A DNA stretch of 64,000 nucleotides from Octopus bimaculoides (lineage: Eukaryota), in the NCBI RefSeq assembly GCF_001194135.2, contig NC_069001.1, forward strand, positions 19,952,552-20,016,551. The letters are read 5' to 3'. Shown piece by piece: positions 12,476 to 25,863 of the stretch. How positions within the stretch are numbered: the first letter of the stretch is position 1; every line of letters starts with the position of its first letter. Below the pieces are notes generated by a model, which saw only the letters and a program-made list of their open reading frames with translations, was not told where the DNA came from and searched no databases. The translations under genes and the position numbers were made by a program.

Positions 12476-12946
12476 GATGCATGTGCGTGAGAAGACCCGG
12501 CAAGCCAAGTGAGATCGTTGCCAGTGCCCCTGGACTGGCTCTTGTACGGGTGGCACATAAAAGACACCATTTCGAGTGTGGTCGTTTTCGTGNNNNNNNN
12601 NNCATAAACAACATTGCCCAGACTTGTGCTTCAGAGGGGAACTTTCTAGATGCATGTGCGTGAGAAGACCCGGCAAGCCAAGTGAGATCGTTGCCAGTGC
12701 CCCTGGACTGGCTCTTGTACGGGTGGCACATAAAAGACACCATTTCGAGTGTGGTCGTTTTCGTGCGGGTGACACGTAAAAGCACCCACTACACTCTCTG
12801 AGTGGTTGGCGTTAGGAAGGGCATCCAGCTGTAGAAACTCTGCCAAATTAGATTGGAGTCTGGTGTAGCCATCCGGTTGCACCAGTCCTCAGTCAAATCG
12901 TCCAACCCATGCTAGCATGGAAAGCGGACGTTAAACGATGATGATG
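12476..12946 (+). mobile_element. RTE family A 3' end (contains a gap-flanking duplicated contig end)
   Basis: Same tail as 1-232; 12430-12592 is repeated at 12603-12765 across a 10-N gap. Confidence 0.8.
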
Positions 12947-13486
12947 ATACACCTTCAACATCATTTATCTCTGCACACATTACTAACCATCAGTTGCTCT
13001 TCTCTTACACTCTTACAAACTTACCAACTCACTTTTACCAAGCCTCTGTCCACATTCTCTCTTACACTAACCCTCTTGTACCTTGAGGGTACACTCTGGC
13101 ACTTCGTCATCACAATTTGTATCTTCTTTCCAGTTACTCTTACCCACCCTTATATAATGCAAGATAGCCATGTATGTCTATAGCAAAATCCTTAGTCTGT
13201 CTCTTTATTCTGTTTCAGTCTCTAAAGACCTGGCACAAGGTCATCTGTCTCTCAACTACAATCTCACTCATGAAATAAAAACATCCAATCTCACTCATGA
13301 AATAAAAACATCCAATGAACTCTGTGATTGTTGGCATTAGGAAGGACATCCACCTGTAGAAAGCATACCGACGAAGACATTGCATAATCCTCCAACTTGT
13401 TGAATCCTGTCCAACTGTCCAACCCATACCAGCATGGCAGATAGACATCAAATGATGATGATGATAATGGTGTGTATATATATATT

Positions 13487-13853
13487 TCCGTGCCGGTGGC
13501 ATGTAAATAGCACCATTTGAGCGCGATCGTTACCAGCGTCGCCTTCCTGGCACGTGAAAAGACATTTGAGCGAGATCGTTGCCAGTGCCGCTGGACTGGC
13601 TCCTGTGCAGGTGGCACATAAAATACACCATTTTGAGCATGGCCGTTGCCAGTACCGCCTGACTAGCCTTTGTGCCGGTGGCACATAAAAGCACCCACTA
13701 CACTCTCGGCGTGGTTGGCGTTAGGAAGGGCATCCAGCTGTAGAAACTCTGCCTAATCAGATTGGAGCCTGGTGCAGCCATCTGATTCACCAGTCCTCAG
13801 TCAAATCGTCCAACCCATGCTAGCATGGAAAGCAGACGTTAAACGATGATGAT
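13487..13853 (+). mobile_element. RTE family A 3' UTR with about three hairpin repeat units and tail
   Basis: gtgccggtggca.. units, then ggcgttaggaagggcatccag..(GAT)n. Confidence 0.85.
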
Positions 13854-14949
13854 AGTATATATATATATAATCTACCTGATAATGTGAAACTGTGATGGTC
13901 AAATTTTGGCTGTAAAGTCTACAGAAGTCAATAACACTTCATATTCTGATGGTTAGACTACGATAGTTTGGAAACATTTATTCAAAACAAACTGCAAAGA
14001 TCTATAAAGCCCCCCCCCCCCAAAAAAAACTGGAAGATAGTTGTGTTTTTACTATTGACAATCCTCTATATTCTAAGTCCTTTTCTTCATAATATCTATC
14101 AACACTGTCGTATTAACAATCACGGGTGAAATCAGAGGAGTAATACCATGGAATTTTAAAGTGTTTGAACTTTAAACACCCAAAACTTTGCTGATTCTGA
14201 TTTTCATGGCTGATGAAGGATGTTCCTAGTTTAAGTGTCCTTTTCTGTTAATCATTTCTGTGTCTCACTTTCATTTTTCCTATATATATACATATATATA
14301 TATATATATANNNNNNNNNNNNNNNNNNNNNTATATATACACACACACACACACACACACAAACACACATAGATATATTCATCCAAATGACAAAAGATGT
14401 ACTTTTATCCACTTTGATTTTTATTTTGTTTGCATTACAATATGTATGGTTAATTATTTGGAGTTACTGGTTATTGAGGTTGTTGAAGTGACTGTGTTCA
14501 TTGATTAGTTTCCTTTATCGTGAGAGAGAAGAAGGGATAGTGGAAATGAAAGCATGTGCACAATAATATACACGCTGCTGATAGAGCTTTCACTTCTCAG
14601 TATTATTGTGTGTGTATATATTTGACAATGTTCATAGTCTTGGTTTTAACATGGCATTTATAACCCAAATATCATTGGAAATAGATTTTCTTTGTCCTTG
14701 ACCTTATTGAATTTTGCAGTGTTTTGTCCAGACCTGTCCTCTACTTTGCTTTATCTTACTCTGTGATTATATCCACTTAAAATGCATTACACATATACAT
14801 TCATTGGCAGTCATCGTCATTCACACACTCGCTGATACATGCAGTATAGTCATTTTCTCTCTTTCTCTCTCTTGCTTTCTCTTTCTTTCGCACAGTCTTT
14901 TGCTTTATTTCAACCTCTATTCTCTACTCTTCCTTTATGTAACATCTAC

Positions 14950-16250
14950 TGATGTTGCTTAGCCCCAGGTGAGCCATGATTGAGTAGGTCTATGATTGAA
15001 AACATGACCATCCAATATTTTTTTCTCCAGACATTTAGGACTACAGTATCTGGTTTGTCCTTTTTTTCTGGGAGATTTAGTTATTTCTAGCAGCTTGCGC
15101 AACTGTTTGGTGATTCTGTTGTTGTTATGATAAAGTGATTGTATAGTTGTTTGGTTGTTGCTAGGGGTTGGTGTTATAAGTGATTGTATGGTTGTTAGGG
15201 ATAGTTATTGGTTCTGGTTAGTATTAGGGCTGGCTGAATGGTTAGGGCAGTTAGTGTTGTTTAGTCTCGTGTCAGCCTGACAAGTAAGCTGATATAAGGC
15301 ATTTTGGTGAAGATCACCCTGTCTGCCTTTTTTTTTTAATGTGCAGGACCGCACTATCTAGTTTCTAAGTTGACAGCTTGTGACTTAATATTAATTGGGC
15401 TGCTATCCTGGTAATTTGAGCAACCACATAAAAGCTCTCTTATACGCTCAAAAGGATCTTGTGTCTGATGTTAGAGGTGAGTTTGTAGTAGTTCTGTTAG
15501 GTGTTAAGGGTGACTGTATTGGTGTAGTTGGGGTGGCTGTATGTTTGATTATGGTTAGAGATGCCTGTGTAGTTGTACTGGCTGGAGTTAGGGGTGGTTG
15601 TAGGGTTGTTGTGGTTGGTGTTAAAGGTGACTGTATAGTTGGTGTAACGGGTGGCTATATAGTTGGTGTTAAGGGCAGCTGTATGGTTGTGATTAGTATT
15701 GGAGGCAGCTGTATAGTTGTAACAGGTGTTGGAGTGAGTGCAAAATTGTTTGGTTTAAGAGGTGGCTATGGTGTTGGGGTTAGTGTTAGGGGTGGCTCTG
15801 TGGTTGGGGTTAGTGTTAGGGGTGGCTCTGCAGTTGTTATAGTTAATGTTAGCAATGGCTGTATAATTTGTATTATAGATGTGGTTTTAGGGATGGCTAT
15901 ATAGTGTTGGGGTAACTATATTGTCGGTGTGGTTAATGTTTGGGTGGCTGTGTAGTTGGTGTTAGGGATAAATTACAGTTGTTCTCTTTGATTTGAAGAG
16001 GAGCTGATGGTTGTGATTATTATTATTGGAGGTAGTTGTAGTCGGTGTTAGGGTTTATAGTTGTACTATTTAATGTTACGGGTAGCTGTATGGTTGTTGT
16101 TTAGCTTAGCAATCCCTTGATCAACACATTTCAGCTGTAACCTGAATGCCTTTTTAGGGCTGTCTAGTTAGGACAACATTATCTAATATGTCCTTTCTTT
16201 TCAGAAACTGGGCTGTTATTTCAGTGAGATTTGCTTATGACAATTGACCG
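14950..16250 (+). repeat. GT-rich degenerate minisatellite interleaved with an unclassified interspersed repeat
   Basis: Recurring ggtgttaggggtggctgtatagtt-like units; tagccccagg..gatc repeat heads at ~14955, ~15260 and ~16100; related sequence at 24260-24420 and (reverse) 18260-18410 and 59510-59820. Confidence 0.7.
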
Positions 16251-16589
16251 TGCTAAAGCTTCTTTGTTGACTTGTAACATCTGCTGTTGGCTGTTAGGTT
16301 AAGTGTTGCTACTTTTGTTGATTCTTGTTACTTTTACCTGTAACATAATTTAATTTTTCCTGCAAGAATTTATTACACTGATCTTTTGTTAACTCTTGTA
16401 TTTCAACTCTGACTGATAGATGTTGGGTGACATATTAATTTCCCTTAGTATCTGGAAATGATTCACTTAATTTTAGCAATTATTTTCTTGTTTCTTGAGT
16501 TAATGAGAGCTAGACGTCAAGGACAACATTTTGAATTTATTGTAAATGTTATTGTGTTTTATATATTTACTGTTCTGTTATACATTGTA

Positions 16590-16854
16590 TTATGTTCATG
16601 GCTCAGTGGTTAGAGTGCTGGACTCGCAATCAAGAGGTTGTGAGTTTGATTCCCAGACTGGGCTGTGTGTTTTGTTCTATTTCATGTTGCTCCAGTTCAA
16701 TCAGCTGTAGAAATGAGTTGCAACGTCACTGGTGCCAAGCTGTATCAGCCTTTGCCTTTCCCTTGGACAACATTGGTGGCAAGGAAAGTTATGCATGGGC
16801 GACTGTTGGTCTTTCATAAACAACCTTGCTCGGACTTGGGCCTTGGAGGGGAAC
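16590..16854 (+). mobile_element. tRNA-derived SINE family 2
   Basis: A-box-like tggctcagtggttagag and B-box-like gagtttgattccc; body matches 12240-12475; ends at an N gap. Confidence 0.75.
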
Positions 16855-16879
16855 NNNNNNNNNNATATATATAAATATA

Positions 16880-17240
16880 TATATCTTGTTTTGGTCATTT
16901 CACTACTGTCATGCTGGGGCCCGTCCCTGAAGGGTTTTAGTCAAACAAATTGACCCCAGGACTTTATTTTTAAGCCTGGGACTTATTCTCTCAGTCTCTT
17001 TTGGCAAACTACTAAGTTATGGGTATCTAAACACACCAACACCAGTTGTCAAGCAGTGGTGGGACAAGCACAGACACAAAGACACATGCAGACAGACAGA
17101 CACACACATACATTATATATGATGGGCTTCTTCCAGTTTCTATCGACCAAATCCATTCACAAAGCTTTAGTTGGCCCAAGGTGCCATGGAATAGGACTTA
17201 ACCCAGAGCTATGTGGTTGAGAAGCAAGCTTCTTGCCACT
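16880..17240 (-). mobile_element. SINE family 1, near full length
   Basis: ttggtcatttcactactgtcatgctgggg...ttggcccaaggtgccatgg...gagaagcaagcttcttgccac. Confidence 0.8.
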
Positions 17241-18019
17241 GGCCTAAATAATGAACGATGGACCTGTTATTTCTTTATGCTGCTTGCATAGAAAAATGGA
17301 TGTTAATATTCTGATGATTTCCATCACCCGATCTTTTAGTGATGGATGCATTTGTTTGTATATGTGTACAAAATGTAATATATAAGGAAACATTCATCCA
17401 CAACAATGTTACTGATATCCACCTATGGAAACTCAACCATAAATGGTTGGGTTTCCTCTTCTCTGTCCACCAGACAATCAGTCTTTGCATGTAAAGGGTG
17501 GCAAGTGCTTAAAGAACTTTACCAATAATTTATTTGGTTTATTCTTCCTTCTAGTACTGTTGCCCCTAGGTGGTGGTGAGTAGTCACATACATACAATTT
17601 ATAAAGCTACAAGTAAGAACTGGGTGCCAGTGGGAACCATTAGCTGAGGAGCTGTTCTGGAAAGGAATTGTACCAGTCCAGTACTGGATTGATTCTCCTT
17701 TCTCTGGATTGTACCTGCAATGCAATGGTCCTGCTTTGTCACCTTGTGTCATGCTGACTCAGTCCGATATTTATTTTATGACTATACATACCTGTGTAGT
17801 ACTCAGCAACTTAAATATTAGTTTCATGAGTAGGAATTCATCCAAGGGTGAATAGTATAGTGAGGTTGATTCAGTGAACTATACAACATAGGTTTGCTTT
17901 TTTATACTTTCATAGGTTTGATAAGTCTTTTTTAGCACCATTGTCTCACCACTTGTTGCAATCCTTTGTCAAGTGAAACCTGATAGCAAGTTTGTTCTCC
18001 TGATGTCAGGTTACACTAC

Positions 18020-18260
18020 TTTCCCCCATATCTTTCTTGGTTTTCCTTTAACATACTTTCTTCCCTCTCAGAAAGCTTGGCAGTTCTTTACTTGACAGTC
18101 ATCCTTCATATGTTTCAAAGCTGCATTACACATCCAACAGAATAAACTCACCTTATTTCTTTCCAGCCTTCTCATATCCTCTACATTCAATGCCTATATT
18201 TTGCTAGTGTAGTCATACTTTATACACACTCATCATGTAATCTACCCTACTCTTGGAGAG
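18020..18260 (-). mobile_element. Highly decayed RTE C-terminal fragment
   Basis: cattacacatccaacag...tttctttccagccttctcatatcctc is similar to 4650-4710. Confidence 0.55.
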
Positions 18261-18759
18261 AGAGAATCCAGCTTATATGTCAGCTTGATCAGGGATGACT
18301 TGAGGCTAAACAGAATTAATTGCCCCAACCATTCATCTAACTCTAATACCATCCAGAACCAACAGCAACCCCTCACACCAACCACAAGAACCATATAGTC
18401 ACCCCTGAAGTTGTCTCAGTAAGAAGAGGACATCAATGATATCCCATTCTACCACAAACCCAAACTGCATCACATCTTCCTCATCAGTTGTATCATAACT
18501 CTTTCTCTTATGTTCATAACTTAGTCCATCAGCTTGATACTACTGTAGTTCTTTCTAAATCATAAAAGCCAGATACAGTCAGGAAAGACAACGAAAAGGG
18601 AGATGCTGGTAATAAATTCAGTCAGTAATAGATATAGACATACAAGAAAAAAAAAAAAGAAGTTTTTCCTGACCTTTTTGTAGCTTATTCATTTATAATT
18701 TACTATTACTGTCTCTGACCAAAAATGAAATAGCTAGGTATGGATAAATTTCAACATAG

Positions 18760-18848
18760 AGGAACATGGTTGATTGCTCTCCTTTGTTTTGCATGAGTGA
18801 TTGTACTGGTCAAAACTCAATGAAAATATTGAAAAAATTGCTCAACAG
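18760..18848 (+). CDS. Candidate exon (possible start exon MVDCSPLFCMSDCTGQNSMKILKKLLN)
   Basis: Perfect donor caacag|gtaagt; acceptor tttcaacatag is weak; no phase-compatible link to the next exon was found. Confidence 0.2.
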
Positions 18849-19089
18849 GTAAGTCCTAAAGGTATTTTTGGATTAACAGTACTTGCAAAACTTTCAGTGT
18901 CCAAGTCACTTGATGAAAAATCAGATGGATTGAAATCAAATATCGGATGTGGACAAAAGAAATAGATTTATCACTCGGTTGTCATCTCCAAAACCTTATT
19001 TGCCATGACATTATTAATTATACCAGAGAACGGTAGCACAGTAAAATTGATAAGATTTGGTAGCTTACAGTGTTAGGTTTAATTCCTTC

Positions 19090-19315
19090 GGTAGAATATT
19101 GGTTTCAAATTTTGGCACAAGACCAACAATTTTGGGATAGAGGATAAGTTGAGTTCAACAACCCCAGTACTCAACTGGTACTTATTTTATCAACCCCAAA
19201 AGCAAGAAAGGCAAAGTCAACTCTGGCAGCATTTGAACTCAGAATGTAAAATTGGAAGAAATGCTGCTAAGCATTTTGTCTGATGTGGTTACAATTCTGC
19301 CAGCTCGTTGCCTTA
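19090..19315 (-). mobile_element. tRNA-derived SINE family 3 (decayed)
   Basis: ctggtacttattttatcaaccccaaaag..ggcaaagtcaactctggcagcatttgaactcagaatg; homologous to 62027-62260. Confidence 0.75.
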
Positions 19316-21879
19316 TTGGCCAGAAATATAGTGAATGAGAAAATGATGGGGGAAAAACCTACTCAGGGATGACTGCTGTATAAAAACCAAACAGTAAAAT
19401 GGTTGCTGACTTAATGTAGTAAGACAAGCTAATTAAAATTGCACCTATAGTGAGGAAGGGGAATCCTTGTTTTGATGACTAGTTGCATCCTAATTTTAAT
19501 TGGTTTACTTCTTTAATTATTTCCCTGACCTTTCTTCACCAGAATTATTCATTGAGAGATTGTTTTTTTTTCCTCACTGTAGGTATCATTTTAATTAATT
19601 TAATTTTCATGTCTCATTTATAATAAGGTAGCACCCATTTTACTATACTACATAAGTTTTGTCTCTCTAACAAGTGCATCAATTCAAAATGAATTAAACC
19701 AACCCTAATAAGGTAGGGGTGCATGACAACCAATGCTGGTGTGTTTACACTCCAATAACTTAGTAGTTTAACAATAGAGACCAATAAAGTAAGTACCTGG
19801 TGGAAAAAAAATACTGGGTTTGGTTCATTCGACTAGAATTCCCCAGCATGGCCATAGTCTAATGAAAGAAATAAGTAAAAGAAGAATTTGAAATCAGAAA
19901 CAAAACTAAATATTTATAAGGCCTGACTATTAGTATTTATAAGACCTGACTATTAGTTTTCTATTTAAGCTAATTCATTAAGAGCATTTTACATACCTTC
20001 TTAAAAGGGAACTTCAAAACGACATTACGCATCTCCCCACCACCACCACCACCACTACTACAAAACTCAAGCCTATTCATTTTCTTTATCTCTCTAGTGA
20101 ACCTACTGTCTTCTGATTCATAAAAATTAGCAGGAATGGTATTTTGTTTTGTTTTGTTTTGTTTTTTTTTTTTGCTTTTATTAGTATGTACTTGGAATGA
20201 GGTGTGTAATTTATCCGAGTGTATTTATTAGTTTGAATATTTTTAGCTGGAGTGTAGCTTGTGAATGTGTGACTGACTGATGTTGAAGGTAATGTTTTTG
20301 ACCTGCGTATTATAATCATTTTCTTTTGGGTACTCTGACACATACTACAAATGCTTAGACCTTTTTTTTTATGAACATTTTTTTCTTTTTCTTCTGGTTA
20401 CCATTATTCTGTTCTGAGCAGTCATTTTTTATTGCTGTGTTTCACTTAATGTCATTTATAAAACCCTTTAAAAAAATAATTTCTTTGTTCCATTTTCACT
20501 TCATTAACTCATCCACAAATAGTTGTTGATCTAAATGATTTATTTTTAATATGCTGAAGGACTAGGTTATTGTCTCAAAAGAAGGAATTAAGAAATACTG
20601 TTATTCACTACCCTAATTCATTAAACTTTCCTTATGGCAACATGAGTAATTGCTTTCAAGTTGTGTCAGGTTCAATCCCATTGTGCAGCACCTTATTTAA
20701 GTGTTTTCTACTATAGCCCCTGGCCAACCAGTAACCTGTAAGGGAATTTAGTACACAGAAACTAAAAGAAACCTGTCACATCTAAACATATTTGTGTGCG
20801 TGTTTGTGTGTGAATGTCTACTACACTGAGCTGGCAGTTGTATCACTACTTTCTGCTCTGCTACAAATGGTGATGCTACTATTTGTGACTGCACTGTAAC
20901 ATTTGTTGACATTTCCTGTTATCAGTTTGTCTACTAGCTCTGCACTTATGATTTCCTCTGGAATAAAAAAAAGTATCCCTTGAAACATAGGTGTAGGCTG
21001 GTAATAGAAAGAGCATCCAGCCATAAAGAAATCTTCTCTGAAAGACTTTCCCTTCATCTAAGCTGTATTAGAATGTGAAAACATGTTAAACAGATGAATA
21101 ACAACATAGCATAAAGTGACATAATATGATTTAATAATAGATAATTCCAATGTGCTTGTTAGTTGGCAGTTTATCAGTGGTCTATGAGTATCATGTAACT
21201 GAAAATTAGTGAGAAAAGAAGCTGGAGTTAAGAAGTGGACACACATATACCTTGCCCATTTGAAAGTCAGGTGCAATGGAGTGAATCACCAAGTAACTGA
21301 TTTCCAATAGGTCTAAACTCTTCACCATGTGCTCTTTTCTTTCTTTTATCAGCATTAACATATGTACATTGATGTATACTTTTGTAAACAAAGTGCTACA
21401 TTTTGTGTTGTTCCAATCCACTCAGCTGAGTACCAGTGGTGGCTGGGTAGCCCTGTAATGGTCTTACATCCCATTTTGCAAGGAGTCATGCACTCTCAGT
21501 CACTTGGATATCTTGGATAAGTCTGGTCAAATGAACCTGTAGGCTCAAGACAGAGTAACTATGTTTTTTCAGTGATGTAAGTTTTTAGCTATGACTTTGA
21601 TGTATAATTGGATATGCTTGTTCAAATGTGAAGAAATTATTTTACTTTTTAATCTACTTTTGGATAGAAAATGGGTTACTGGCATGGCCAGGTTTTGATC
21701 TTAGTTGTTATCTCCTCGTAGACCACACATCCACCTTTGTTCTCAGAGAGATACAGTTTATAACTATTTAAGGGTATTAAATATGACTTCATTAAATCAG
21801 TTAGTCCAACTTGCATAATGAGTGTTTTATAGTCAACTTATTAATCGTTGATACTTTGAAAATTTAAAACATATCTTTC

Positions 21880-23150
21880 TGAAGTGTACAAGAGAAAAAA
21901 ACACAAGTAGACTAGGGCATTGATTGATCAATCCTCCTTAGCCATGCCCTTCCTGCCATTAAAAGCAGAAACCACCCACAATAAGCCTGATTTATGTGAA
22001 ATTCATCTACTTTCAACCATATTTTTGCCCTTCATCTTATTATTGAAAGATCTTTGGAGTTCAGCAAAGATCACCACCTCTACATCCCCTTTGTTGACCT
22101 CAAGGTGGCATTCAATACAGTTGACCATGCATCCCTCTGGAAAATTCCCAAGCTCATCGACACACCTCCCGAGGTCACTTTCCTGTTCTAGAGGCTGTAT
22201 AGCAATTCTGAGAGCTACGTGTGCATGAATGGGAAGGGCTCCAACTGGCTCCCTATCAACAGTGGGGCCAGGCAGAGTTGTCTGGCCCTCACCACCAACC
22301 TCTTTAACTGTGTCATCAATTATCTGATGATGAAGGCCTATGAGTTTCTAGTGTTACCTTCAGGAACTACCACCTTACTGACCTGGAGTATGTGGAAGTT
22401 ACCACCCGAATCTGAAACTTGATCGACCAGCTCAGGGATGTACTAACCAGATACTGAAAGGAATCAGCAAAGCTTGGCCTTCAGGTGAATTGGGCAAAGA
22501 CAAAACTGATGTATGTTGGCAGTGGTCTGAACCCTCCCCTGATCCATATTGGTCCCGATGTTATGGAGTTTGTCAGCTCCTTCACCTACCTGCGCTTCAC
22601 AGTTACCAACCATAGAGAACTCACCATGGAGATCAACTGCAGATGTGGTCCGGTTGCTGGGGTCATGCACTCTCTATAGAAGCCCCTTTGGTGCCACTGC
22701 TTTATCTTCCAGAAGACAAAGCTCCAAATCTACAATGTATTGGTCCTCCCTCCTCAATGGAACAGAAACATGACCCCTCACAAAGGCCCTGGCAAAGAGG
22801 ATTGATGGCTTTGAGAGCAGGTCCCCAAGGACCATCGAGATCATCCAATGGTACCATCATGTTTCCAACAAAGAGCTGCATGCACACATTAATCCACAAC
22901 CTCCCACCTCATAGCTGATATGGACATTTCCTTTGTGTCCCACCAGATCATCCTACTTAGACCTTATGTTTGTTTGACATAGCAGATGTGGGCTGGAAGA
23001 TGCCCCATGATAGGCCCTGCATAAGATGGCTGGACATGATTAAAGAGGCTCAACATAACTTTAGAGGATGCAGAAGGGTTGGCATGGGACTACCAGCAAT
23101 GGTGGGGCACTGGTAAACCTAGCTGGCTCTACGCATGATGATGCCTCTGG
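21880..23150 (+). mobile_element. Decayed RTE-clade LINE (distinct family C), RT to C-terminus
   Basis: FVDLKVAFNTVDHASLWK; SGARQSCLALTTNLFNCVI; NWAKTKLM; SSFTYL; KTKLQIYNVLV. Confidence 0.85.
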
Positions 23151-23373
23151 GACTGCCAACTTCGAATGACCCCAGCCCCATCAAGCAAGAACAGAAAGAG
23201 AGAGAGAGAGAAAGAAAGAAAGATGAGGGCATATTGTCAGATCCCAATAATCTTTTATTCAAACTGTTGCATCAGGAAGAATTTGTTTAGCCATAGTTTA
23301 CATTTGAAGGACTCTAATTGTACAACTGTCTCCCCAAAAGTTGATGAACTCTGACCAAAGTTTCTTATGTTAT

Positions 23374-23591
23374 TTAGCCCTTTAGTATTCAGCTTATTCT
23401 GTCAGTTGTAATTCTTATTTATTTGAATTAATCATGCATTGTCTCGTAGCTTTGAGGTTTTGATGAAGTAATTGTTTATTTTTAGAGTGACTTTGTAGAA
23501 GAGATGTGAGAGTTAAGAGCTGGCTGGTTTGAACATAAAATGGGTAGACTATTTGGGCTGGATATGGCTGGTTTAAATGCTAAAGGATTAA
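23374..23591 (+). mobile_element. piggyBac-type MITE (TTAA-CCCTTT termini)
   Basis: ttagccctttagtattc ... aatgctaaaggattaa; six further copies in the window. Confidence 0.75.
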
Positions 23592-24551
23592 ATGTATTTC
23601 TCTCTTGCATCCCATCTCAGCCATTTGCAAAAGGTTATATCCAAAGCAGAACTGCCTTCACCAGCTGTTGATCTATACTGAAAAACCCTACAAGAACTAT
23701 GGGATATGGACATACAATGCCACGATACAAAAAGACATAAAACGTTCAGCTCTGAAGGCAGATCTTCATTGTTGCCTTAACTGTGCTTTGCTAAAACAAA
23801 CACGGAAACTGAAGAACTATTGTGATGATTTACATCAGTGTCTGTACATATGTGTCAGTGCATTCACTTGTTTGCTATGTATGTATGTGTTTGTGTGTGT
23901 CCATTCATTCATTCATTCATTCATTCATTCATTCATTCATTCATTCGGTCATGTATTGTGTACATGCATGTTAAGATATAATATTTTAAATAGTTGTATT
24001 TATTTTACTTCAAAGTTGTAATCATTAATTAGCAGTTTTTTTTTTAATATTGAAGTATGGTAGTTTGTACTTTGGTTGCATTAGCTCAAGAATAGAAATC
24101 TTAAATTTCCATCCCACATAGTTTATGCGCAATGTTTTGTCTCTGTATTCTGTGTGAGTATGTTTAATCTGTAGACCTCAGGTTTTAGTCAGTGCTGTTT
24201 AGGCTATGGTTAATCTCAATGCATCATATATTTGTGTCTTAATCTTTGATCATATGTGGGTATGTTATTTAGCTGCTGGTCATCTCTGACCAATGAACCA
24301 TCAACTAAAAGCATTCCATCTGTGACCTTTCATTATCCAATGTGTCCTTCCTGTTTTAAGATAGTAGAATATGCTCTGAGGAGATTTAACTGCTGTTTCT
24401 TGCAGGTCAAGAAATCATAGAAAGCAGAGATAAGGAACCTTTTTAGTACTGGGAATGCATTTGTGCTGAGAAAAATTATGAATTGATAAATTTACAAATT
24501 CATAATTATTAACTCAAATGAAATATTTTGGTTAAAATTTTTTTTTTCTAG

Positions 24552-24593
24552 ACTTTCAGAGATTTAGTCAGTGGATAAACAGTTCACCTTTAG
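24552..24593 (+). CDS. Candidate 42-nt internal exon (xFQRFSQWINSSPL, phase 1-1) of unidentified host gene
   Basis: Acceptor ttttttttctag|, donor ttag|gtgagt; only one open frame; non-repeat sequence. Confidence 0.5.
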
Positions 24594-25059
24594 GTGAGTG
24601 ATCTCTACTCCTCATATAGAGAGTCCTTCTATATTAATGTATGTTCGGTCAAATTCTTCTTTGATGTTATTATTTCACAAAGCTTGTGTGTGTGTGTCTC
24701 AAAAAAAAAATGGAATGTACAAGCAAGACAAGAACTCAGCAAATCACATCAAAAGTCATGCAAGTAAGATGGTTATAATTCTGATTAAGACCTGTTAGAG
24801 GAGTCTTCAGTCTGGTTTATATTGGACACTTCTTAGCCACACAGCCATCAAGGCGATGCTCAGAAAATTCTCTGAGACAGCACTTGCAACCTTATGCGAA
24901 ACTGTCCATAGGAAAAAATAGCTAATATATCTCAGCCACCGAAACATAACAGTAGATTAGAACCATTTCCTGAGGAACCAGTTTCAATGAGTAATATTAG
25001 ATTCTTCATTTTTGTATTGAATCCTCTTGTTCAAAATTATTTTATCTTTTTTTTTTTTA

Positions 25060-25810
25060 CAATGTACAGAGGGACAGTCAGTGAAGTAGTGTTAGTAATG
25101 AGTATCACAATAGATTCAACCTGATGATTTGGGTACATCAAGGTTCAGTTCTCAACCTTCTGTTTATTATAATCCTTCTAACTCTTAACAAGAGTTTAAG
25201 ACTGGCTGCTCAGTGGATCTCTTCTATGCAGATGATCTCGTACTTATAGCTGAATCTAGTAATAGAACAAAGAAATAAAAAAACGAAATTTCAGACATAT
25301 AAACAAAACATAGAACCAAGAGTCCTCAAAGTAAACCTGGAAAATGTTAAAGTATTTATTAAGTAGGAAAGAAAACAGGACCCTGATACAGTAAAAGAAA
25401 TGACTATGCTCATATGTAGAAAAGGAGCAAGCAGAAATTCCATGTGGTGTACGCAGTGCAAACTCCAGACATGTGAGGTGTAGTGGGATCAGAAGCAGGC
25501 CAGCAGAGAAGGTAGACATTGCATGCAGCAGGTGCAGAGTAGGAATAAAGAGTAAGTACACATGGAAGAGTCTACTGGTTGTCTCCAATGCCTAGGCTGC
25601 TTTCTAAAAGTAACTGATAATTTCTCTTACTTAGGAGGCCTATTTAGCACTGGAGGTGGGTGGTCAGAAAATGTAAAAGCCAGTGTAAGAACCAGTTAGT
25701 AATAGTTTGGTGAGTGTGGTCAGAGAAAGGGGCAGTAATTCCAAATAGTGCACATTTTGATGACTGCCAAAGCTATGCCAGCATGGAAAGCAAATTTAAA
25801 GGATTATTAT
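25060..25810 (+). mobile_element. Decayed RTE LINE fragment
   Basis: ctcttctatgcagatgatctc (LFYADDL); homologous to 50650-51250. Confidence 0.75.
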
Positions 25811-25813
25811 GAG

Positions 25814-25863
<50 letters not shown>

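Larger units (their letters stand above)
11560..13465 (+). mobile_element. RTE family B 3' end (CT-rich UTR, (GAT)n tail) carrying nested insertions
   Basis: gctcaagaaga ORF end; cccacccttatataatg motif shared with 37400-37560 and 6000-6100 (reverse); tail ends aaatgatgatgatgat. Confidence 0.6.

Noticed and set aside
12430-12765. Exact ~163-bp tandem duplication
   Set aside because: The copies flank a 10-N gap; this is typical of overlapping contig ends, so an assembly artefact.
14210-14246. CTGATGA-a-ggat...gtcc with a stem II-like pairing
   Set aside because: GAAAC and the cleavage triplet are absent.
15395-15904. 169-aa V/G-rich ORF
   Set aside because: By-product of a GT-rich minisatellite; no splice or domain evidence.
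20821-21057. Minus-strand ORF with a good acceptor (EIISAELVDKLITG...)
   Set aside because: It overlaps a degenerate RTE-type tail, and no partner exons were found.
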